Assembly: GCA_040954595.2 (NCBI GenBank)
Contig: CM082598.2
Span: 434,001 to 498,000, forward strand
Length of the DNA: 64,000 nt
Direction: 5' to 3'
Source of the DNA: Balanoglossus misakiensis
Lineage: Eukaryota > Animalia > Hemichordata
Positions 24,801-35,546 of the stretch are shown here, piece by piece. The position numbers and the translations under genes are program-made. The first letter of the stretch is position 1. Each line of letters starts with the position of its first letter. The notes beneath the pieces were generated by a model that saw only the letters and a list, made by a program, of their open reading frames with translations, searched no databases and was not told where the DNA came from.

Positions 24801-27800
24801 TCATTTTCATGTCATATGCAGGGATTATAGCTCATGCACACTCAAATAATGACCAATTCTTGACTTTGTGAATTTTGGTCACCTTCATCATTTTCATGTC
24901 ATATGCAGGGATTATAGCTCATGCACACTCAAATAATGACCAATTCTTGACTTTGTGAATTTTGGTCACCTTCATCATTTTCATGTCATATGCAGGGATT
25001 ATAGCTCATGCACACTCAAATAATGACCAATTCTTGACTTTGTGAATTTTGGTCACCTTCATCATTTTCATGTCATATGCAGGGATTATAGCTCATGCAC
25101 GCTCAAAAAATGACAAATTCTTGACTTTGTGAATTTTGGTCATCTTCAGCATTTTCATGTCATATGCAGGGATTATAGCTCATACACACTCAAATAATGA
25201 CCAATTCTTGACTTTGTGAATTTTGGTCACCTTCATCATTTTCATGTCATATGTAGGGATTATAGCTCATGCACACTCAAATAATGACCAATTCTTGACT
25301 TTGTGAATTTTGGTCACCTTCATCATTTTCATGTCATATGCAGGGATTATAGCTCATGCACGCTCAAATAATGACCAATTCTTGACTTTGTGAATTTTGG
25401 TCACCTTCATCATTTTCATGTCATATGCAGGGATTATAGCTCATGCACACTCAAATAATGACCAATTCTTGACTTTGTGAATTTTGGTCACCTTCATCAT
25501 TTTCATGTCATATGCAGGGATTATAGCTCATGCACACTCAAATAATGACCAATTCTTGACTTTGTGAATTTTGGTCACCTTCATCATTTTCATGTCATAT
25601 GCAGGGATTATAGCTCATGCATGCTCAAATAATGACCAATTCTTGACTTTGTGAATTTTGGTCACCTTCATCATTTTCATGTCATATGCAGGGATTATAG
25701 CTCATGCACGCTCAAATAATGACCAATTCTTGACTTTGTGAATTTTGGTCACCTTCATCATTTTCATGTCATATGCAGGGATTATAGCTCATGCACGCTC
25801 AAATAATGACCAATTCTTGACTTTGTGAATTTTGGTCACCTTCATCATTTTCATGTCATATGCAGGGATTATAGCTCATGCACACTCAAATAATGACCAA
25901 TTCTTGACTTTGTGAATTTTGGTCACCTTCATCATTTTCATGTCATATGCAGGGATTATAGCTCATGCACGCTCAAATAATGACCAATTCTTGACTTTGT
26001 GAATTTTGGTCACCTTCATCATTTTCATGTCATATGCAGGGATTATAGCTCATGCACGCTCAAATAATGACCAATTCTTGACTTTGTGAATTTTGGTCAC
26101 CTTCATCATTTTCATGTCATATGCAGGGATTATAGCTCATGCACGCTCAAATAATGACCAATTCTTGACTTTGTGAATTTTGGTCACCTTCATCATTTTC
26201 ATGTCATATGCAGGGATTATAGCTCATGCACGCTCAAATAATGACCAATTCTTGACTTTGTGAATTTTGGTCACCTTCATCATTTTCATGTCATATGCAG
26301 GGATTATAGCTCATGCACACTTAAATAATGACCAATTCTCGACTTTGTGAATTTTGGTCACCTTCATCATTTTCATGTCATATGCAGGGATTATAGCTCA
26401 TGCACACTCAAATAATGACCAATTCTTGACTTTGTGAATTTTGGTCACCTTCATCATTTTCATGTCATATGCAGGGATTATAGCTCATGCACGCTCAAAT
26501 AATGACCAATTCTTGACTTTGTGAATTTTGGTCACCTTCATCATTTTCATGTCATATGCAGGGATTATAGCTCATGCACGCTCAAATAATGACCAATTCT
26601 TGACTTTGTGAATTTTGGTCACCTTCATCATTTTCATGTCATATGCAGGGATTATAGCTCATGCACACTCAAATAATGACCAATTCTTGACTTTGTGAAT
26701 TTTGGTCACCTTCATCATTTTCATGTCATATTCATGGATTATAGCTCAAACATGCTCAAATAATGACCAATTCTTGACTTTGTGAATTTTGGTCACCTTC
26801 ATCATTTTCATGTCATATGCAGGGATTATAGCTCATGCACACTCAAATAATGACCAATTCTTGACTTTGTGAATTTTGGTCACCTTCATCATTTTCATGT
26901 CATATGCAGGGATTATAGCTCATGCACACTCAAATAATGACCAATTCTTGACTTTGTGAATTTTGGTCACCTTCATCATTTTCATGTCATATGCAGGGAT
27001 TATAGCTCATGCACACTCAAATAATGACCAATTCTTGACTTTGTGAATTTTGGTCACCTTCATCATTTTCATGTCATATGCAGGGATTATAGCTCATGCA
27101 CGCTCAAAAAATGACAAATTCTTGACTTTGTGAATTTTGGTCATCTTCAGCATTTTCATGTCATATTCATGCATTATAGCTCATACATGCCCCAAAAATG
27201 ACAAATTCTTGACTTTGTGAATTTTGGTCACCTTCACCATTTTCATGTCATATTCATGGATTATAGGTCAAATACTCTCATATATACCGGTAATGCATGT
27301 AAAATTTTGGTCGTGAGTAAACTTAAGTGAAAGACTACAACAAGACTAGTAAAAAGTGTAAAATCTTTACGAAATCCGGTATTCATCATTGTGGATTGAA
27401 GAGAATACGCTGGGAATATTCTCAAGCTACAAGATCTGGCTTCGCAAAAATCAGAGTGAGTACAAATTTTATCACCATAGGCTTGCAAGTTCTAGATCAA
27501 AACTTATTGAACAGGCAAAAGGGAAAGCAGTTACTGCTTTGTGTCGTAGAGGGCGTGTGTTGAATTGTGGGAACCGTTCCTTGAGCAGAAGCTAGCAATA
27601 GAAATGTTTGTGCAATCTACTTAATTGTCGTAGAAAGACTGTATCGGATCAAAACAACCGTTCATTGAGCAGATAATGGTGCGCTGAATAATATAAGCGT
27701 TCAACAAAAATTATGCTTGTTTAGTTACTAGTACATGTACTTAATTAACGTGTCGTAGAAAGAGGGCGTGTGTTGAATGATGACAACCGTTCATATTGAC

Positions 27801-30800
27801 AGATTTATTTGGCCGTGAATAACGTAAAATTATTAATTTACAACGAGAGACTTGGTCTTCAAAACGTGTCCAAACAAATCGCTAAGTACCATAATTTATA
27901 AGTTATGAATGAACAACGTCACAACTTTTGAATAACGAAAAGTCGTACAATATTTTCGTATTTTGGAATAGAAAAATGTACAGTTCGCAACAAAAGATGC
28001 GTTTCCGCGATCCTTGATTTTAAATTGTCGTGTCTCCGCGATCACCGTTGACGTGAATTAGTGTATTTCATCGATCTGTTCAAAGACACTTCGTCCCCTC
28101 CATCGATTTTTTGTTACAGAAGTTAGATTTATCCTGAGAATGCAAGATAAATTCCAAGTGTCGGGTCTTTTTGAAATCGGAGAGATGCATTTGTCGCTTG
28201 TAATTTGTTATTAATTCTGCCAATTGTATTTTTTGCTGTCTGCTGTTGTATTAATATAAGTGTATATTTTTACCGGTTCTGTGTCATGTACATTTAAATC
28301 CTGATTTAATTAAATAAATAATGAAATACATGTAATAATAATAGTTTTGCAGCGGAAGTTATTGATCGAAATTAGGCTCGGTTTCATTATAGTTAGTATA
28401 ACAATACTGACTATAATGAAACCGAGCCTTATTAATTTTTTTTTAAATTTCACGAGTCTGATCATCATATAATACTTTTGGAGTCTTGAAGTATGTGAGT
28501 CACCGTGGCTCAGTGGTTAAGACGTTATCCTAACGATCGCAGGACTGGGGTTCGTATCCCGCTGCTGACTCAACTTAGCATGAAAAAAAATTCTTTTAGC
28601 TTCCAAGTGTCTCAGTTTTCTAAGTCAACCAGGCAATCTGATGTACAAGTACAAGTTAAAAGTAAGTAGATCTCGAGGAAGCACCGTGGTCTAGTGGCAT
28701 TGTCGCTGGGCTGATGACTGTATGGACAGTATTGGTGCGGGGTTCGAATCCCGCTGCTGACTCAACGCTCGGACAGGGGAACTATTGGCTTGCGTGCCAG
28801 TGGCTGTGCGTAGACGGTGCTATTGGCTTGCTGTCATTAGCTGTGCGTAGAGGGCGCTATTGGCTTGCTGTCAGTAGCTGTGCGTAGACGGTGCTATTGG
28901 CTTGCTGTCAGTAGCTGTGCCCAAAAAAAGAGCTATTGGCTTGCGGTCCATTGGCTAGTGCCTAGAGGAGATATTGGTTTGCGGGCCAATGGCTAAGTGC
29001 CCAGTATGAGCTTATTGACTTTCAAATGTCAAATGGTTTCTTAACCATTAATAAGCTCTAACTGGGTAGTTATCCATTTGCCCGCAAGACAATATGTCCT
29101 CTGGGAACTAGCCTTTGTCACGGGAATACCCGTGACCTCTGACCGCAAGCCAATAGAAGGGCAAAAAAAAATTACTAAGTCCAGACTTCCAGAAATTTTT
29201 AGATCCGCTGGGAAAAAAATTAAACAACCCCCGAAGGGGCTTATTTTTTTCTTTCATTTAATTTATTTTTACTCTCGCCCGGAAACATAGATAGGCATAG
29301 TAGAGTTGGGCTTACCACAGAAGGCCTACTGAACGGATTCAAAGCACACCACAGGGATGGCTCGTCAATCCCCGTACAAGCGATACTCTTCTATGAAAGC
29401 CCATACCGCGCAGCTACTGACAGGCAAGCCAATAGCTCCTCCACGCACAGCTACTGACAGCAAGCCAATAGCACCGTCTACGCACAGCTACTGACAGCAA
29501 GCCAATAGCGCCCTCTACGCACAGCTAATGACAGCAAGCCAATAGCACCGTCTACGCACAGCCACTGGCACGCAAGCCAATAGTTCCCCTGTCCGAGCGT
29601 TGAGTCAGCAGCGGGATTCGAACCCCGCACCAATACTGTCCATACAGTCATCAGCCCAGCGACAATGCCACTAGACCACGGTGCTTCCTCGAGAACTACT
29701 TACTTTTAACTTGTACTTGTACATCAGATTGCCTGGTTGACTTAGAAAACTGAGACACTTGGAGACTAAAAGAATTTTTTTTCATGCTAAGTTGAGTCAG
29801 CAGCGGGATACGAACCCCAGTCCTGCGATCGTTAGGATAACGTCTTAACCACTGAGCCACGGTGACTCACATACTTCAAGACTCCAAAAGTATTATATGA
29901 TGATCAGACTCGTGAAATTTAAAAAAAAATTAATAAGGCTCGGTTTCATTATAGTCAGTATTGTTATACTAACTATAATGAAACCGAGCCTAATTTCGAT
30001 CAATAACTTCCGCTGCAAAACTATTATTATTACATGTATTTCATTATTTATTTAATTAAATCAGGATTTAAATGTACATGACACAGAACCGGTAAAAATA
30101 TACACTTATATTAATACAACACCAGACAGCAAAAAAATACAATTGGCAGAATTAATAACAAATTACAAGCGACAAATGCATCTCTCCGATTTCAAAAAGA
30201 CCCGACACTTGGAATTTATCTTGCATTCTCAGGATAAATCTAACTTCTGTAACAAAAAATCGATGGAGGGGACGAAGTGTCTACACTTTGTACAGATCGA
30301 TGAAATACACTAATTCACGTCAACGGTGATCGCGGAGACACGACAATTTAAAATCAAGGATCGCGGAAACGCATCTTTTGTTGCGAACTGTACATTTTTC
30401 TATTCCAAAATACGAAAATATTGTACGACTTTTCGTTATTCAAAAGTTGTGACGTTGTTCATTCATAACTTATAAATTATGGTACTTAGCGATTTGTTTG
30501 GACACGTTTTGAAGACCAAGTCTCTCGTTGTAAATTAATAATTTTACGTTATTCACGGCCAAATAAATCTGTCAATATGAACGGTTGTCATCATTCAACA
30601 CACGCCCTCTTTCTACGACACGTTAATTAAGTACATGTACTAGTAACTAAACAAGCATAATTTTTGTTGAACGCTTATATTATTCAGCGCACCATTATCT
30701 GCTCAATGAACGGTTGTTTTGATCCGATACAGTCTTTCTACGACAATTAAGTAGATTGCACAAACATTTCTATTGCGAGCTTCTGCTCAAGGAACGGTTC

Positions 30801-33800
30801 CCACAATTCAACACACGCCCTCTACGACACAAAGCAGTAACTGCTTTCCCTTTTGCCTGTTCAATAAGTTTTGATCTAGAACTTGCAAGCCTATGGTGAT
30901 AAAATTTGTACTCACTCTGATTTTTGCGAAGCCAGATCTTGTAGCTTGAGAATATTCCCAGCGTATTCTCTTCAATCCACAATGATGAATACCGGATTTC
31001 GTAAAGATTTTACACTTTTACTAGTCTTGTTGTAGTCTTTCACTTAAGTTTACTCACGACCAAAATTTTACATGCATTACCGGTATATATGAGAGTATTT
31101 GACCTATAATCCATGAATATGACATGAAAATGCTGAAGGTGACCAAAATTCACAAAGTCAAGAATTGGTCATTATTTGAGCGTGTATGAGCTATAATCCA
31201 TGCATTTGACATGAAAATGCTGAAGGTGACCAAAATTCACAAAGTCAAGAATTGGTCATTATTTGAGTGTGCATGAGCTATAATCCCTGCATATGACATG
31301 AAAATGATGAAGGTGACCAAAATTCACAAAGTCAAGAATTGGTCATTATTTGAGCGTGCATGAGCTATAATCCCTGCATATGACATGAAAATGCTGAAGG
31401 TGACCAAAATTCACAAAGTCAAGAATTGGTCATTATTTGAGCGTGCATGAGCTATAATCCCTGCATATGACATGAAAATGATGAAGGTGACCAAAATTCA
31501 CAAAGTCAAGAATTGGTCATTATTTGAGCGTGCATGAGCTATAATCCCTGCATATGACATGAAAATGATGAAGGTGACCAAAATTCACAAAGTCAAGAAT
31601 TGGTCATTATTTGAGCGTGCATGAGCTATAATCCATGAATATGACATGAAAATGCTGAAGGTGACCAAAATTCACAAAGTCAAGAATTGGTCATTATTTG
31701 AGCATGTATGAGCTATAATCCATGAATATGACATGAAAATGCTGAAGGTGACCAAAATTCACAAAGTCAAGAATTGGTCATTATTTGAGCGTGCATGAGC
31801 TATAATCCCTGCATATGACATGAAAATGCTGAAGGTGACCAAAATTCACAAAGTCAAGAATTGGTCATTATTTGAGCGTGCATGAGCTATAATCCCTGCA
31901 TATGACATGAAAATGATGAAGGTGACCAAAATTCACAAAGTCAAGAGTTGGTCATTATTTGAGCGTGCATGAGCTATAATCCCTGCATATGACATGAAAA
32001 TGATGAAGGTGACCAAAATTCACAAAGTCAAGAATTGGTCATTATTTGAGCGTGTATGAGCTATAATCCATGAATATGACATGAAAATGCTGAAGGTGAC
32101 CAAAATTCACAAAGTCAAGAATTGGTCATTATTTGAGCGTGTATGAGCTATAATCCATGAATATGACATGAAAATGCTGAAGGTGACCAAAATTCACAAA
32201 GTCAAGAATTGGTCATTATTTGAGCATGTATGAGCTATAATCCATGAATATGACATGAAAATGATGAAGGTGACCAAAATTCACAAAGTCAAGAATTGGT
32301 CATTATTTGAGCGTGTATGAGCTATAATCCCTGCATATGACATGAAAATGATGAAGGTGACCAAAATTCACAAAGTCAAGAATTGGTCATTTTTTGAGTG
32401 TGTATGACCTATAATCCATGCATTTGACATGAAAATGCTGAAGATGACCAAAATTCACAAAGTCAAGAATTTGTCATTTTTGGGGCATGTATGAGCTATA
32501 ATGCATGAATATGACATGAAAATGCTGAAGATGACCAAAATTCACAAAGTCAAGAATTGGTCATTTTTTGAGCGTGTATGAGCTATAATCCATGCATTTG
32601 ACATGAAAATGCTGAAGATGACCAAAATTCACAAGTCAAGAATTGGTCATTATTTGAGTGTGTATGAGCTATAATCCGTGAATATGACATGAAAATGCTG
32701 AAAGTGACCAAAATTCACAAAGTCAAGAATTGGTCATTATTTGAGCATGTTTGAGCTATAATCCATGAATATGACATGAAAATGCTGAAGGTGACCAAAA
32801 TTCACAAAGTCAAGAATTGGTCATTTTTTGAGTGTGTATGAGCTATAATCCATGCATTTGACATGAAAATGCTGAAGATGACCAAAATTCACAAAGTCAA
32901 GAATTGGTCATTATTTGAGCATGTATGAGCTATAATCCATGAATATGACAAGAAAATGCTGAAGGTGACCAAAATTCATAAAGTCAAGAATAATTATTTC
33001 AGAAAAGTTTTGAAAATTAATTTTATTTGAGTTAAAGACAAATTATTTTCAAATATAGAAGCCTATAGTACGCACTTCATGTGAGATGGTTCTGATGAGT
33101 GTAAACCATTTTGATAAAATTCTGAATGACTACAGATTCTGAAGTATATAGACTTTTTCAAAGAAGTCAACATGCATTACAAAGCCACATGTAAAACAAG
33201 GTTTTACAAAATAATTCTGAATAAAATATCTTCGAGCCAAACATCCTACATTTTAAAACTTTCTTTAAAAATAAACTCTTGACTACATTGTCAATAACAC
33301 AGACAAGTTCCAAGCAGGGTCCATATGCCCATAGTCACAAAAAGTACACGATTTTTCAGGTTGAACAATGATTATCGTACAGAGATTAAAATGAAAGTTA
33401 TTGGACAGATTTGTGCACTAAATGCGATTTTGCTCTTGACATATCTAACGTCATGAACTATTTTCATGATAGTCAACATCTGAGAGTGTATGAGCCCTGT
33501 TGAAAGTCACATACACAATAGTTTTGCTTGTGTATAAGTGGTGGTGTGCTAATTTTCTGGGGACAGCCAGCTTCTCTCTCTCTCTCTCTCTCACCCTCAC
33601 ACTCACATTGGATGCAAACAAACTTCCTGCTATGTCGTAAGACATCAAGAGGGACTGTGATTTGGTGTTGCCTAATTCTACAGTTTCACTAAGCTTTCAA
33701 AAGGACTAGCACATATAGCCAATGATGTGCCTCTTACATTAAAAACATGATTGAAAAAACTGGCGCATCAGTGATTTAAAGAATGGCAGAAAAATAGTGT

Positions 33801-35546
33801 TTTTTTCTTTTAATTTAACAAAGTACCAGCCTTGAAAGACTTCTCTCGTAGCCGTTTTCTCGGTCGCCATGGTGACACAACTGGGTGAACATCTACAACC
33901 AGACCACGGAAAGTTCCAGTTCATGGTCGTCGAGAAGTCTTCCTCTTATTAACAAAGATTCCTGTAAAACAAAAGATCAAAAAAACAACATTATGATTTT
34001 CAAGATTTGAAGGGAAAGTAATGACCCCCATTTTCATGTTGCCTAGCAACTATCACTTGAATTATAATTGCTTTGTACATTAAGACTTTTGGCAAAAATT
34101 TAATGAATCCGAAAGGGAAAAAAAGAGCGACTTTGTTCCTTTAAAGGTGGCACCAAAAGTTTTGGTTGTCTGTGGACAAACCTCCAAACTGCTTCGATGA
34201 ACAGGCTAAAGTGTACTAGCTAATCTCATGGCAAGACAATAATATATTTCGCGACGTCATATGCATCCAGTTCAAATTCACCGTCATCTCAATGAGGTCA
34301 CTGTCATTTGCTTTTAGAAGGGCTTGTCCCGAGCAACTTTTTTGATGTTGCCCTCAAAAAAAATTTGATGATGGACAACTGCCCCAATGTACATAATAAA
34401 AACATCTAGTAAATCAACAATTACATGAACAACACGATTGTCTGCCATCAATGCATCTGACTGACTGAATCCTAGCGAGTAAGTGAAATGAGTGACGTAC
34501 CTTCACTGCTCCATCGAAGATCAGTTCTGATGTCATCATACCAAAATTCATGCACAGTTGGACTTGGTGAAATGTTGCATCTCCAACACTGAAATAAAAT
34601 AAAAGTACTTGTAATTAGTTTCATGTAGAAAAATACACCACTATTAAAATGACAGAAATGAAGTAAATTTTGAATTTGAAACTTTCCAATGACTCAAAGT
34701 TGGACAAAGGGGGTTTAGCCACTGGCACAAAATGAACAAGCAAAACAATGTGCCCCCCCCCCCCCCAAACAAAGGAACCATGCAAAAGGTTTCTAGAAAA
34801 TTCTCCTGGACTTGCAGACATGGTTCTCTTCACAGAGTCTGAGAAAAAAATAAAACCATGACTTACCTTCAAATGGTGACATCTTCTGGGAACAGCAAAT
34901 CTACGTGTGGAAAACGGGAGGTCGAATTTAGTTTTTTACTGGGAAATTCAGAGCAAACATGGACATGAAAAAAACACAACCACCAAAGATGGCCGCCTCC
35001 GAATATCTGATGAGGCATTATTCATAATTTTTTGGGTGTCTATTGATAAACAAATTTGGCCTGGAAAGACTGACCATTCAGAGACTGCACCCCCAGTTTC
35101 CTCTATAGAGGTCTAACCTTACCATAGAACCAATGGGTTTGGACTAAACCATTGTGTTGAAAGGGTCAAGTTATTCAGTTTGTGGAAACGTGTTGCAAGA
35201 AGTTACTATGCATTTTATTTCTTGTCTTTTTCAGGTCGGCACTAAATGCGAATTTGAAGTAAACATAACAGAAAACTGTGAACTGTGTTATTCAGAAGCT
35301 GATCCAGTGATCGACTTGAACAATCTCAACACTACCTGTGGAAAGTGTTTCTATGACACCCACATCTATTCTCACGTACTCTACCTTGTACACGACAGCG
35401 GTCTTCGTCCTCAATGTTACAGACAAACCAACGGAGATGATTGGACGCCCATTGTCGCTGCTGCACATTCAATCCGACCAATCACAATGCTGTTACTAGT
35501 TGATATTGCATGTCTTCTGGGAGTTTTCATTCAATATAACTTGTGA
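12874..35546 (+). CDS. Class-3 lipase (Lipase_3 / Atg15-like alpha/beta hydrolase), ~340 aa, signal peptide and possible GPI-anchor tail
   Basis: Exons 12874-13161, 13771-13956, 17048-17201, 17345-17427 and 35235-35546 splice in frame (phases 0,0,1,0); alternative ATG at 12904. Motifs VVIAFRGT (lid/oxyanion), FTGHSLGAA (nucleophile), YDPIP (catalytic Asp) and a candidate His in DTHIY. The last exon ends in a hydrophobic tail ITMLLLVDIACLLGVFIQYNL. Linking exon 5 across the 17.8-kb intron is inferred from phase and the otherwise missing His. Confidence 0.78.
14235..16344 (-). CDS. UNC93-like (UNC93A family) MFS membrane protein, 506 aa, nested in lipase intron 2
   Basis: Exons 16344-15343, 14977-14710 and 14485-14235 total 1521 nt, GT-AG. 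UNC93 signatures FTLSYTAFQSIQNLESSLN, GPMWAAK, GMEQAFLFGDFTKSYVSCAIG and WGLADGIWQTQ, with many TM segments. Confidence 0.9.
14597..14686. mobile_element. Degenerate copy of the ~93-bp piggyBac-like MITE (family P1)
   Basis: cacccccatttccctgtttagaggtcc...caatgggtttggac...ggtgaaagggtaaa matches the intact copies at 53007 and 58580. Confidence 0.55.
14982..15315. repeat. (GA)n microsatellite followed by (TTGTG)n in UNC93-like intron 1
   Basis: Directly visible: GA-rich tract 14982-15223 and pentanucleotide tract 15226-15315. Confidence 0.95.
18013..20493 (+). CDS. Putative small spliced coiled-coil/acidic protein (~52 aa) inside the lipase last intron
   Basis: Upstream exon ending at 17862 (aa|gtaagg). 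Exon 17964-18033 contains ATG 18013 (MEYPMVQ|gtaagg). Exon 20356-20493 follows a pyrimidine tract and tgtag, and reads AKDEELRKLRRQLDEYNSRQSPFPADVKREIILEEEEDGTSGEVT*. AATAAA at 20498. Intermediate exons are possible. Confidence 0.4.
21499..27270 (+). repeat. Satellite 2, left array: ~66 copies of an 87-bp unit
   Basis: Unit ttttcatgtcatatgcagggattatagctcatgcacactcaaataatgaccaattcttgactttgtgaattttggtcaccttcatca with period 87 (e.g. taatgacc at 21541 and 21628). Confidence 0.97.
28374..28429. other. Near-perfect ~26-bp-stem hairpin within the inner arm (mirror at 29936-29991)
   Basis: aggctcggtttcattatagttagtat-aaca-atactgactataatgaaaccgagcct. Confidence 0.85.
28497..28572 (+). ncRNA. tRNA-derived Pol III unit 1 (pseudo-tRNA / SINE-head-like); mirror near 29793-29868 (-)
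   Basis: A-box TGGCTCAGTGG, B-box GGTTCGTATCC, acceptor-like pairing GAGTCA...TGACTC over 76 nt. The anticodon stem does not pair. Followed by A8 and a TTTT terminator. Confidence 0.6.
28678..28766 (+). ncRNA. tRNA-derived Pol III unit 2 with long variable-arm-like hairpin; mirror near 29599-29687 (-)
   Basis: A-box TGGTCTAGTGG, B-box GGTTCGAATCC, internal hairpin actgt-atgg-acagt. Shares the 3' end atcccgctgctgactcaac with unit 1. Confidence 0.6.
28782..28990 (+). repeat. ~37-bp tandem repeat carrying a CCAAT box (ATTGG) in each unit; mirror at ~29410-29583
   Basis: ctattggcttgctgtcagtagctgtgcgtagacggtg x4, plus two degenerate units. Confidence 0.85.
29445..31100 (-). repeat. Right inner arm of the long inverted repeat
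   Basis: Mirror of 27270-28920. Small differences include a 5-bp indel near 30283 versus 28081 and a few substitutions. Confidence 0.95.
31100..32992 (-). repeat. Satellite 2, right array: ~22 copies of the 87-bp unit in inverted orientation
   Basis: Reverse-complement units (gacatgaaaatgctgaaggtgaccaaaattcacaaagtcaagaattggtcattatttgag...). Confidence 0.97.
33890..34900 (-). other. Putative spliced transcript of uncertain coding status pointing toward the palindrome
   Basis: Three candidate minus-strand exons with canonical sites: 34900-34867 (tag|...gaag|gtaagt), 34588-34501 (cag|...gaag|gtacgt) and from 33961 (ttttacag|). A GGCGGCCATCTT motif lies upstream near 34990. No convincing long ORF. 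Confidence 0.3.
35088..35169. mobile_element. Left-truncated copy of piggyBac-like MITE P1
   Basis: cacccccagtttcctctatagaggtc...caatgggtttggactaaaccattgtgttgaaagggtcaa is nearly the same as the 53007-53099 copy. Confidence 0.65.

Larger units (their letters stand above)
27270..28920 (+). repeat. Left inner arm (~1.65 kb) of a long inverted repeat
   Basis: Reverse complement of 29445-31100, with only a handful of differences. The ORF track shows the mirrored ORFs 27389..27595(+) and 30770..30982(-). Confidence 0.95.

Noticed and set aside
21499-27270. CRISPR array interpretation of the 87-bp (and 37-bp) repeats
   Set aside because: The units are head-to-tail with no unique spacers, there are no cas genes, and the context is eukaryotic.
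28497-28766. Functional tRNA genes
   Set aside because: Anticodon stems do not pair and the acceptor stems are imperfect; only the A/B boxes and T-arm look intact.
27261-31110. Mirrored short ORFs in the inverted arms as genes or a transposase
   Set aside because: All are under 80 aa, begin at non-ATG codons, have no recognisable motif, and are duplicated only because of the inverted repeat.
21480-33010. Canonical TIR termini and TSD at the outer ends of the satellite arrays
   Set aside because: The two arrays end at different phases of the unit, and the immediate flanks share no direct or inverted repeat.
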